This document shows, one piece after another, positions 11,001-19,900 of a stretch of 64,000 nucleotides of DNA (the first letter of the stretch is position 1; every line of letters begins with the position of its first letter). Under the pieces are notes generated by a model that searched no databases, had not been told where the DNA came from, and worked only from the letters and a program-made list of their open reading frames with translations. The DNA lies in the IMG/VR virus record IMGVR_UViG_3300005662_000042, positions 694 to 64,693 of that record. One strand, written 5' to 3'. The position numbers were made by a program, and so were the translations under genes. The stretch is from a virus. Its lineage: Duplodnaviria > Caudoviricetes.

Positions 11001-14000
11001 AGCTGCAACCGCATTCTCAATATTTAAGGCCAATAACGACGCATGGCAAGATGCCAGAATGGGTCTTTCTATGACCGAAAAGGCGGCAGAGCAGGCTGGA
11101 GTTAAATACTTTAACCTTCAAGAAACAATGCAAGGCTATCTTGATAAGCAAAAGGCTGTAGCAATTGCAGGCAAGGCCTCACAGTATAATTCAATAGGAA
11201 TGCCTGGACTTCCACAGTCTATAGAAGACATGAAGAAGGCAAAAGAAGAGGGTAAGGGCCTAACAGATTTAATTGAATCTATTAATAGGTCTACAAGTGC
11301 TGCTGAAACTAAGAGACTCGTAGCAAATCAAAAAGCACAATATATTGCAGGTGGAATGAGCATAGCGGACGCAAATAGAAAAATATACGGAGCGATGCTT
11401 AACAGTGAAAAATCAGGTCAAGTATTTAATATTATAGGCAACAGTGCATTTGGATCAATTACTGATAAGGCTTCAGCAGCAGAATATTCTGTTAAGAGCT
11501 TAATCAATACATTAAATAATGGCGACGGAACCGCTGACTGGGGCAAAGAAGTTGGCGTAGGCTTTGAAGGATTAATAAATGTATTTAGCTCAGCTACAAA
11601 TTCTTTGATTGGAACAAAAGATGCTTTAGGAAATGTAATAGACGAGTACACTGCATATCAAATGGTTATGAGTGATGCAGAAAGTAATAATCCAAAAATT
11701 AATGAGGCAATAGGACAAAGTGTTTATTCAAATTTAATTGACTCACAGCCACTGTTAGAGCTAATTGCAAATAAATCAGATAGCATTAAAGGCATATTGG
11801 CAAAGTGGAAGTTGTTTACATCTGGAGTTAATATAGACTTAAGTAAGATTGATTCAACCTTAGCAATTAAATTAGCTGGATTTTCCCAAGCAATTGGAAC
11901 AGGAATTCAAAAATTAACTAATTCAGCTGATAATGCAACTACATTCTCTTCAGTTGGATCGGCACTAGAAAGATTAAAGAAGACCATCGGATCTGTATCT
12001 GCAGCATCTCAAAGAGCAGCTAATGCTGCACAAAGAAGTGCACAAGAAGAGTTAAAGCTAATTTCCAAAAAGATTAAACTTATTGATGATGAAAAAAATA
12101 AAAAGCTGGAAGCGCTAAGAGCAACACAAGAAGCATCTAACTATGCGCTATCTTTGCAAAAGCTACAGATAGAATATGCTGATGCGGTATCTCGTGGAGA
12201 CATGGCTACAGCAAATCGTGCTCAGCTAGAGATAGATCAGCTTACAATGAACAGGCAAACAGAACTTGCCACTAAAGCAATTGAAGATGCTGCAGCAAAA
12301 GCTAAGGCACCACTAGAAAAGAAGGCGACTGACATACAGGATGCCTCAGATAAACGATCTAATACTATTGCAACAAATCAAGACAAAGCCGCTTCTGCAT
12401 CAGAAATAGCTGCAAAGCTTACAGAGTTCCAAGAAAAATATAACGAAATAGTTGAAAGAGGAATTCAGGCTCAGGTACTTCCAGATGCAGAAAGAAAGAA
12501 AGAAGAAAAAGCAGTTAGAGAGTCTTTACTTGCATTTGCTAAAGAAGTTCAAAATGCTGGAACTGGAAGCTCTGCTCTTTCAAAAGAAATACGTAACGCA
12601 TTCTTTAAGCTAGGGCTATTTGACAAAGATGGAAAAGCAATTCCAGTAACTACAACAAAACCTACAGGCGGAATGCCAACAGGAGTTGATGCAAACGGCA
12701 AACCAATAATTCCAACTACCACTACAATAAACTCAGGGCTAACAGAGCAATTTGCTAAAGATATGAAGGCAGTAACCTCCCTTGCACTAGATATAACTGG
12801 AGGAACTACTTTAAATCAACTCAGACTAGATTTGCTAAAAGCTCTAGGAAAAAGCAGTTCAGCAACAGCTGACCCAACAACAGTTGGAGGCAAGGTTGTG
12901 CCTGGTAAAGGTGGAAATCCAACAAAGTACTTTGACTCTAAGGGTAACCAGATAACAAAAGAGCAATATGAAAGTATGCCATCTTCTTCACCTGGCGGCG
13001 GAACTAATTTTTCAGTACCTATAGATGGATTAAAGAGCAAATCTTTTGGAAGCATGTCTGCTGTACAGAGAGAATTTTTTGAGTTAAATGGTGGTAAAGG
13101 AGAGTACAAGAGTGTTGATGGATATAAATACTTAGCAAATGGTTTGGTCTACAAAGACAAAGCTATTGTAGGCCGATGGTGGCATTTCTTGCCAAATGGT
13201 AATGGCAGAGTTAAAACTTATAGTGAGGGATCCCCTGGAGGAGTTGTATCTGGTCCAGGAACTGGAACATCTGATTCTATTCCAGCAATGCTTTCAAATG
13301 GAGAGTATGTAATAAAAGCAGCTTCTGTTGCGAAATATGGAACTCAAACATTTGATGCACTGAATGCTGGAAAATATGCAGATGGTGGTTTAGTACTTAA
13401 TGAGCCAAGGCCTGCAGTCGACTATACCCCACTTCCCTCTACACCAATATCAAAGCTAGGTAAAACTACACAAGCGCAGATTAAGTATTTAAGAGATTGG
13501 ACCAATTTATTAAACACCTACTATGCTGCAAAGTACAAGGACATTTTTAGCTTTAAGCCAGGAGAAAAAATTGTAACTTCATTAGATACAATGCCTGTTG
13601 TCAAAGGCACCAAGGTAGTTAAAGATCCAGATAAAGCTTTACTTGATACCCAACAGTACGGGGGGCAATATAGACATTACGATTCTTCAATAACTATGGG
13701 CTTAGGCTTGGCTGGAAAACCAATGTTTATACCAAATCCAATAAATGAACCATCCACAATGAAAAATCTTAATCTAATCTCGTCCTTTCCGTTTTTAGCA
13801 AAAGGAATGTCTCCAGTTGATTACATAGAATCTATTTCAAAGGATGCACAAAAAAATCCATATGGAAGAATGGAAATTTTAACTACATTATTCCATGAAT
13901 TTGCTCATGCGCTACAATTTAGAATAAACGGATACATAAAAAATTCACAAAAATCAAGAGGATTAACTGATGTAGGAGATCCCAATAAGCCAACTCCAGG

Positions 14001-16392
14001 ATTCCTTAATATAGAATCTGGAGCCGATGTAATGGCTGGCGGTATATTTAAAGAAATGTATTCCAACGGATATATTCCTCAAATAAAAAAGTCTGTTATA
14101 GACACGCTTCTTAAAAGCCAAACTCTGACTGCATCTTACGGAGATGTCCCAGCATTTGATAAAAGAGATCCATCTTCTGAAAACTTCACCTGGCATCCAT
14201 ATAACAATAATTTTAGATTTAAATCTGTTATGACAGGATTTGGAATGGGTGACAGTGCATCTTTTGACGATACACTTACACTTAGAAAACAGTACCTCAC
14301 AGAAAATGGTGGAGTTCCAATAACATTTGCAGAAATAGGCGACTCTGCTGCAGCAATTGCTGCAATAACTCCAAACATGATTCCAAAGGGATTTCATAAA
14401 GGAGGGCCAGTCGGTCATAGGCATGGAAGAAATGCTCCTTCAACATCTGGCAATACAGCTCCTTCACAAGGTTCTTGGTGGGATAAACTTGGATTAAAGA
14501 TGTCTTATAAGCCAGACGGAATGATGAACCCTGTAGGAATGACTGGGTTTGGCATTCTTGATGCAATAAAATCTTTAGGTGCCGTAGCTATCGGCAGTGT
14601 TGTTCCATCTCTTCCTGCAAGAGAAAGAGACATAGCAAGCGCTGCAGAAACAACACTTGTAGGTCCAGCATCCAGATTATTTGGAAGTGAAAGATTCCCA
14701 AGTCCATGGGGAGAATCAGGGCTAGGAATGTCAAGCGGATGGTCAAAAGGAATGGATGTGGCTTCTATATTAGCAGCCGTTGTACCATTTGGAATGGTAG
14801 CCAGAACTTCTCAACAAACAGCAGTAAATGCTGCAGCATTTCCAGCAGCAAGAGCAGCAGCATCAGTAGGTCTTGCTAAACCAAAACCAACATTGCCATC
14901 ACTGATGCCTGATGTCTTAAAGCCCAAAAAAGTCATGCCATCCGAATATTCTTTAGCCTATGATGCATCTGGATCTATGCATAGAATAGAAGTTAAATTA
15001 GGAGATGAGGTTGCAGGATACCTAACATGGGATAAAGAGACGGGGGTTGTTGAAAACTTACAGGTATACCCTAAACACCAAGGCAAGAATGTTGCAACAG
15101 CAATGTACAACAAGGCTCAAACAATTGCCCCAATTACACACAGCTCATACAGAACTCCAGCTGGCGATATATTTGCACACAGCATTGGAGACCCAGTTGT
15201 ACCTTTAAACGATAGTTGGCTTCCAGGAGATTGGACACAGGCGCAACTTGACGCAGCAAAACTTAGAAATAAAAATCATGTAGTTACACAATTACCTAAA
15301 GTTAAAGATCCAGACCTAGATGGCTTCTCTGGACCAGATATAGTTGGAGGACAAAGAGTAGTAGGAACTGAAAACTGGGGCAGCCTAATAACAGAAAATA
15401 GTGATATTATGAAAATATTAACTGAATTAAGCGCATTTTATAAAGTTGATGTTCGTCCTTCAGTTATTAGACAGAAAATGACTCCTGGCACCGCTGGATA
15501 TCATCGCAGTGACACACAGTCAGTGTATTTCCCAGATAAAACTAGGGGTGCCGTTGTAGCTCATGAAATAACGCATGCGGCGGACTTTCAGGGAGCTTAT
15601 TGGTCTTTTGAGGACATGCTGAAGTATCTATTAAAGACAGATAGAAAAGCCGCAGAGATAGTATTTAATGAATCAATGATGAATTCTTATGGCGTAGCTA
15701 AAAGTGGTGGAAATAGACCAGCATGGCTTTATGATTCGGTAGCCAGTAATCTAGAAACATATGCACCACAGCATCTACCATACTGGAGAGGCCTATTAGA
15801 AAAAAATGCAAATTCGCAAATACCTAATATAAAGCCTGCAGGATTAGATTTGGGCAATCCTTATGCTGATATATATGGATTTAAATTAGCTTCAATGCTT
15901 AAGTCATCTATGCGTGAAGGGTCCACACACTATAGAAGTCCTAAATTTTGGGAAGCACTAATAGCAGATGAAAATATTCCTTCCCACCTTGCTAAAAAGG
16001 GAGAAGGTTATATCGCGGCATTAAATAGATATCGTGTGGATGAAACTACACCAAATGATTCATTCCAGCTTAAAAAATTATTGGAGTACGCAATAGCGAC
16101 TAAAATGGCTAAGGGTGGATTAGTGGGAATACCTAAATTTGAAGCGGGAATTAATGTGGTCCCAGCTGACATGTTAGCAATGATTCATAAGAATGAAGCG
16201 GTAATTCCAGCCAACATGAATCCATTTAATCCAAATGCTACATCTTCCGCCGTGGCATCAGGATCAGTATATAATATTAATGTAGAGCTAAACGGAACTA
16301 CAGTAACAGCAAAAGACGTTGCAATGGAAATACATAGAGAGATGAGAATAAAAGAAATGGCAGCTGGAGTAAATAGAACGGTGGGCAAATAA
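5017..16392 (+). CDS. Giant tape measure protein with embedded enzyme-like domains
   Basis: 3791 aa, GTG start, follows the chaperone. N-terminal TP901-type TMP core; hydrophobic segments at about 10680-11030; C-terminal GPGTGTSDSIPAMLSNGEYV and AMIHKNEAVIP motifs; internal kinase-like, HExxH (x2) and GNAT motifs. Confidence 0.92.
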   Translation: MADEQIVTSIVAKADLSSLVSEVHRASSSLQQLQRELLSSNRAIASSTKLANNLFRDTLTGSGQFSSHFVNLNSDVDKFGKNLDAGRLKLKNYFSTFREHATTQKGMIRELAKEQVMLQNSVLQPLGRNAQGLMQYNVMIPRGLDAVKNSAQLARMEMQIMNRALSEGAGSLINWGKNTQWAGRQLTVGLTVPLTMFGAAAGKAFREADQELVRLTKVYGGLASTSAADLKAIREEVVQTAKSLSQTMGASFKDTIALGADIAATGKMGNDLLGSIEETTRLAILGEVDRQDAMKATLSIQTAFKQNTEELTASINFLNAVENQTSTTLNDLVEAIPKAGPVVQQLGGSIEDLALYMTAMREGGINASEGANALKSGLASLINPTKQTIGMMSDFGIDVMGMVAKNTGDTTGLLMDLQFALDKLDPLSKARAMEQMFGKFQFARMSALLNNLGKEGSQTLQVMELMKASTSDLAGIAERELGMITESASGKYRRAMESLKASLADIGEDFLPVATKLINAASKILDFFSNLPAPIKKAVTFMAGFTALVGPLIMLTGVLANFFGYITKGIVQLRAFFMKASGWKMLTPEIIAAQKAAEMVENAFYSDAAAAQVLHNALQKLVLDYQNLQAASMKGAVPVNPGVSTVGGSTIVTAGRRIVDASDPYVGDPNTRAMSHINPRDPNNPATIFGGVPGAVPVNRGIARTPQMYMHDRLPNVEGLTSVKGISTGIVPGEAAKFHALMATLGMQTEQEVASLKKTIAMGGTVSRELLDTFDDILPITQRFADSAATQAAAIVQQLRNSEITVEQAKARILALNAQIEADMGAAVTAYAASRGRTIDLTRAPMMGQPVVDANGQFTLRDLYKKKANASVMEEFGRLRGIRTFGAPYSIQTTRMPRFNDGGGIESFGPGKTMVSGPSSINYDDRLGSVPVGGYVLNQQAAMDPANAALVAMAPSTYLNNGGNITAALTPREVVFGPQIQRMPELYAAVDAANNGYNFGGQIMDGVTGYGKKTARTPNVEDKAYYKKQLKEYLRFINNPRYEDDIRVRMIMLDAAELAHTAGIPVDKAIKIASSNFDLAKSASGGSIEKFIEQRIKQVKGLERRYPSLKHPDSSSTRTPNSKALNYKLNDVRSAMLRSPRFKNVFDLIDGISPTTIKNPGGMPLLEGLHVRGHVLRHGQVGYATRGHMGVAAVLPHGINSLMSRLQGIGISPDVLSLTGPDARKNFEIALKSVGMHRMTSVDDIATALEDNNLFKSKSEIQSGRAIRATSKQRNDLQMFLEAVMSRKKWVMIPRGRPPIMTPVLAKLNKGGMIPGGSISRGRSSYGNPMPLLAPEKMLKILTTAKQLSSREALGSFADTPITQYGHRIAGSSGMSYPIPGVSGVYRDAKGKLVFVKGVSHEAVAIHEPIGADIVRKGFKINTPVMGARTVSNPLDPTKNSKLLALESDYDPRFVKTNVPWDEGTVIRQLAASLLMNNKDLSRSNVFGNFNPDVGQSGVFTRASGNTAVAKAEEMNSMEKQAMINLLAVRGGARKDFARDTAPIVAKMSPRRYGRLMKDALVQARPELVKIINGLPKEIRGPYIAMLKRLDDGIEVDWSKYHSLHANPTYLNAGGPIGGGLIRRGRYAYGAKKDGSRRSGNPAKRAEQERLRAERAASYQPTRSGSSYTATGNPQVQVTRVPYVGGTGVRGNAYTGQLTPSAARTISTMRLAQFPYMNMPTMPMNIPGIGNTAAITQAFSSVSSSIQKGSIRFNLELLNAASKMGIAYKQSTMSIINVSKTAVATARNFATSSADMAKGFVQRRQAEILREQALVTARHYPNGGFDPYQRSYFGPGMVGDWRSTGQDGIQKRKVGSLGFRKTEYMIDGQHMTKAQAKAAGVALPPRGMGMGSQMGIGMAGSMGGMALMQKEKVNVLGYEMSGASAGMGVMAASSILPFLPYAKMGAGLKSAGTASVGLAKGMAAAAKAGTFFIKILPKLLHFAKAFGPIGLVITAAATAFSIFKANNDAWQDARMGLSMTEKAAEQAGVKYFNLQETMQGYLDKQKAVAIAGKASQYNSIGMPGLPQSIEDMKKAKEEGKGLTDLIESINRSTSAAETKRLVANQKAQYIAGGMSIADANRKIYGAMLNSEKSGQVFNIIGNSAFGSITDKASAAEYSVKSLINTLNNGDGTADWGKEVGVGFEGLINVFSSATNSLIGTKDALGNVIDEYTAYQMVMSDAESNNPKINEAIGQSVYSNLIDSQPLLELIANKSDSIKGILAKWKLFTSGVNIDLSKIDSTLAIKLAGFSQAIGTGIQKLTNSADNATTFSSVGSALERLKKTIGSVSAASQRAANAAQRSAQEELKLISKKIKLIDDEKNKKLEALRATQEASNYALSLQKLQIEYADAVSRGDMATANRAQLEIDQLTMNRQTELATKAIEDAAAKAKAPLEKKATDIQDASDKRSNTIATNQDKAASASEIAAKLTEFQEKYNEIVERGIQAQVLPDAERKKEEKAVRESLLAFAKEVQNAGTGSSALSKEIRNAFFKLGLFDKDGKAIPVTTTKPTGGMPTGVDANGKPIIPTTTTINSGLTEQFAKDMKAVTSLALDITGGTTLNQLRLDLLKALGKSSSATADPTTVGGKVVPGKGGNPTKYFDSKGNQITKEQYESMPSSSPGGGTNFSVPIDGLKSKSFGSMSAVQREFFELNGGKGEYKSVDGYKYLANGLVYKDKAIVGRWWHFLPNGNGRVKTYSEGSPGGVVSGPGTGTSDSIPAMLSNGEYVIKAASVAKYGTQTFDALNAGKYADGGLVLNEPRPAVDYTPLPSTPISKLGKTTQAQIKYLRDWTNLLNTYYAAKYKDIFSFKPGEKIVTSLDTMPVVKGTKVVKDPDKALLDTQQYGGQYRHYDSSITMGLGLAGKPMFIPNPINEPSTMKNLNLISSFPFLAKGMSPVDYIESISKDAQKNPYGRMEILTTLFHEFAHALQFRINGYIKNSQKSRGLTDVGDPNKPTPGFLNIESGADVMAGGIFKEMYSNGYIPQIKKSVIDTLLKSQTLTASYGDVPAFDKRDPSSENFTWHPYNNNFRFKSVMTGFGMGDSASFDDTLTLRKQYLTENGGVPITFAEIGDSAAAIAAITPNMIPKGFHKGGPVGHRHGRNAPSTSGNTAPSQGSWWDKLGLKMSYKPDGMMNPVGMTGFGILDAIKSLGAVAIGSVVPSLPARERDIASAAETTLVGPASRLFGSERFPSPWGESGLGMSSGWSKGMDVASILAAVVPFGMVARTSQQTAVNAAAFPAARAAASVGLAKPKPTLPSLMPDVLKPKKVMPSEYSLAYDASGSMHRIEVKLGDEVAGYLTWDKETGVVENLQVYPKHQGKNVATAMYNKAQTIAPITHSSYRTPAGDIFAHSIGDPVVPLNDSWLPGDWTQAQLDAAKLRNKNHVVTQLPKVKDPDLDGFSGPDIVGGQRVVGTENWGSLITENSDIMKILTELSAFYKVDVRPSVIRQKMTPGTAGYHRSDTQSVYFPDKTRGAVVAHEITHAADFQGAYWSFEDMLKYLLKTDRKAAEIVFNESMMNSYGVAKSGGNRPAWLYDSVASNLETYAPQHLPYWRGLLEKNANSQIPNIKPAGLDLGNPYADIYGFKLASMLKSSMREGSTHYRSPKFWEALIADENIPSHLAKKGEGYIAALNRYRVDETTPNDSFQLKKLLEYAIATKMAKGGLVGIPKFEAGINVVPADMLAMIHKNEAVIPANMNPFNPNATSSAVASGSVYNINVELNGTTVTAKDVAMEIHREMRIKEMAAGVNRTVGK

Positions 16393-16982
16393 TGAGTTTT
16401 CAAAAACTACCCAAAGGATCAATTCTATACATTGAGGCAACAGACCCATATGCAATTGATACAGCTACTAACTCTTTTGATTATAAAGGCGGAACTGCAG
16501 TTGCTCCAGGAAACACATATACATCTGCAGTAGCAACAACCAACGGGCTAGCCCTAAGCTCAAAAACACAATTAAGATTTAGAAGAGTTTCAGAGCATAA
16601 TAGAAGTCCATTGTCTTTTAATAATAATAGAATTGAGCAGTCTACCAGAATGGCAAACGGAACCCTTAGAAGATATTTTGTTGCAGATAAATTAAATATA
16701 TCTATGTCCTGGGAAATGCTTCCATCTTTTCGAAATGAAACAGTTGACGGAGGTTGGGGAGCTGAAGATTTAAAGAATTTTTATGAGAGCCCAGCTGGCC
16801 GTGGCCCCTTTAGAATAAAACTTAATCCAACAGCTTTTAATCCAGAGTTAGTTGAACAAGCCGATGGATTTTTAGCAGATGACTATACGTATACGGTTAT
16901 GTTTACTTCATGTGATTTTTCTATTGTAAAAAGAGGACTTCAGACCTACTGGAATGTTACCATATCACTGGAGCAAGTATGA
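16392..16982 (+). CDS. Distal tail (Dit-like) protein
   Basis: First gene after the TMP; 'RIEQSTRMANGTLRRYFVADKLNISMSWEMLP'. Confidence 0.65.
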   Translation: MSFQKLPKGSILYIEATDPYAIDTATNSFDYKGGTAVAPGNTYTSAVATTNGLALSSKTQLRFRRVSEHNRSPLSFNNNRIEQSTRMANGTLRRYFVADKLNISMSWEMLPSFRNETVDGGWGAEDLKNFYESPAGRGPFRIKLNPTAFNPELVEQADGFLADDYTYTVMFTSCDFSIVKRGLQTYWNVTISLEQV

Positions 16983-19900
16983 TACCTGTATCAACCGCTA
17001 CAAGAGATTTATTAAAAAAGGGATATTCTATTTCGACTTCGGCGGGAGCAACAATTGAGTACAACTTAAACTCAATGGTAGAAAATGTATCTGCAACTTC
17101 AGATGCAATGACAAATAATTATAGCGTGGCATTTAAAAAGCTTTTTCCAATAGATACAATATATAAGCCATTCAGACCACTATCACCAGGAATTAAATAT
17201 TTAGTGCATACAACTAATAGCACAGATACCCCTAAAGATTCTTTTGAAAACCCTAGAGATGTGTCATTAGGAACAAAGCCTAGGCTGTACTATCCTGGCC
17301 CAGACATTGTGTATAAATATTGGTTGGCACCAAAAGATACTAATATTAATATATCTGTAAACTATTTTGTAGATGATACTGTTACATCTGAACCTAAGAT
17401 AATACCTGTTAACAAAATTATTGCAAGATTTGAAACAAATCATGACAAACCAACTTCGTGGACCATAACTGGAGTTAAGCCAGACAACACAACAATATCT
17501 GTAACTGGTACAACACTTAATTCAAATGGAGAAGCAGTAATATACTACAACGGATCCACATGGTCTACAACAGAGCCAGCAACTTACACTACTACTCAAA
17601 ACCTAAAAAGAATATCTTTATCCGCTGTAAACTCAAAGACTGGAAAATTTATTGGAGTTATTGAGTTTAGTCCTAGGTGGGTTATAAATGTTGATTCTGA
17701 CATTATGTCATTTTTGGTCAATAAAGAAACAACATCAGATGATACATCAATTGTCCCAGTTGGAATAATTACAGCAAACTATTTAAATATGTTTATATCT
17801 AAGCCGCATACAACTTCCAGGTCAATTGTTGAGTATGATAGGAATGCAGCAATTGATAGTACTAAAATTTATTTATTAAAAAATGCATTAATTAAGCCAT
17901 ATATAAATGTTGGAGATGGAGCAACATCTCAAAAGGTTCCTCAAGGATCATTCTACGTAAATACATGGTCATTATCAGAATTTGGAGAAGCTTCAATAGA
18001 TGCTACAGATGCTGCAAAAATATTGCAAGATACATTATGCCCACAGTTGCTAGTACAAGACTCACCAATAACTTCAATTATAAAAAGAATATTAGACTCA
18101 ATTGGATTTTCTACATATAAAATTAACGTTAAGACGGTAGATGGTAAAGTTGATGATGACTCCATTCCTTCCCTGTCTTACTGGTGGTCTGACGGAGATA
18201 AGACAGTGTGGGATGTTTTACAAGAATTATGTAGAGACATACAGATGAATGCTTTTGTAGATGAATATAATACACTAAACTTTTACAGCAGAAATTTTAT
18301 ATATGATAAAACAAGAGAGCCATCGTGGACATTTACAAGCGAAAATATAAATGTTAACTCTGTGCTAGATTATGCCCCTAACATACAATCATTATCAACT
18401 AAAGAACTTTTTTCTGCAAACCAAGTAAGGGTTAGATACTCTACTGCATTTACAGCATCTAATACTGAGTCATCATCCCCACTTTGGAAATCAGATACAT
18501 CATTTCTTGGAGCTGGAGCATTAACAAAAAAAATTGATCTTTCTAGCACAGACTTTTCGCTTCAGCCTAGCGTAGTTAATTCTGATAGAACAGATAGAAT
18601 ACTTGATCAGTTTAGCGGATATGTTTTAATTAACGGCGAAATTATTGAATATGATGGAGTATATTATCAGTATGTTCCAGTAAACGGAACTACTCCAATA
18701 GAAGTATTAATTAAAAGCCAATCCGATATTTGGAAATACTCAGCATTGGCAAAACCAGGTTATAAGAATTTTCAACCAACTAACAGATATAGTATTAAAA
18801 CAAGAGGTGCATTATCAACATCTAAATCAGTTCATGAAGTTGCTCCAGATTCTTATATAAATAAAGCAGGAGAGAATGATACAAATAAATTTAATAAATA
18901 TTCAATCACATTAGCAACACCAGATATAGCAAAAGATAAGCCAGGTTCGGGTAGTTACTTTATTCCAACTGGAAGTACAAGTAAAGGAATTAGAAAAGGG
19001 TTTTTAGCTATTTCTAATCTAGACCAAAATAAAAAAAGTTTTGATATTGCAATTAAAAAATTTGAATCAGTAGCACCCTCTGGCCCTTATTTTTCATTTG
19101 GCACTAGAATGTTTTTTGAAAGTCAGCTTAATACACCAGAGCAGGTAGGGGGAATAGGATTCTGTTTAGATTCTGACGGTAAAAATGGATATTATTTGCT
19201 AGTAAGAACAACTGCATATGCAGAGCTACAAAAAGATATAATGCTAGTAAAAGTTCAAAATGGAAGACTTACTGTTTTAAAAGATAGCCAGCAAAGCTCC
19301 ACAAAAACACTAGCTGGAATATATGCTGGCGTTTCTTATAATATTGATATTTTACTTAAGCCTTCGGAGCCACTGCCTGGGGGAGCATTTAAAAATATAA
19401 TTACAGTATTTATTAATGGATATAAAATAACAGCGGTAGATTCAGGATATGACGGTCCAAGCATTTACGTACCACCGATATCAATAACAAAAAATGTCGG
19501 TGTTCATTGCGGTCAAGGAGTTGCATATTTTGAATACCTTTATGCTAAAACAATTCCACAAGCAGTTTATGAGAAAAATAGCAAGGCAATTATATATGAA
19601 TATAATGGCGTATATTCAGATGACACTGTCTCAATGCTGTATGGAGATATTATATATAATGATGGAGAATCAGTTTCTGACAACACTGGCCCAGTATTTG
19701 AATTTGGAACTACGGCCAGAGAGATTAAAAAAACAAAAATATCATATGAAGATAGACCAGCCATACCAATTACTTTTAGAACATCTTTAAATAAATATGT
19801 AACTGTATTAGATCAGAGATTACAGCCATTTGGAGCAGAGAGCTATGTTCTAAATAACACATCTACTACAGTAGCTCTAGATGATAATAATAATACAAGC

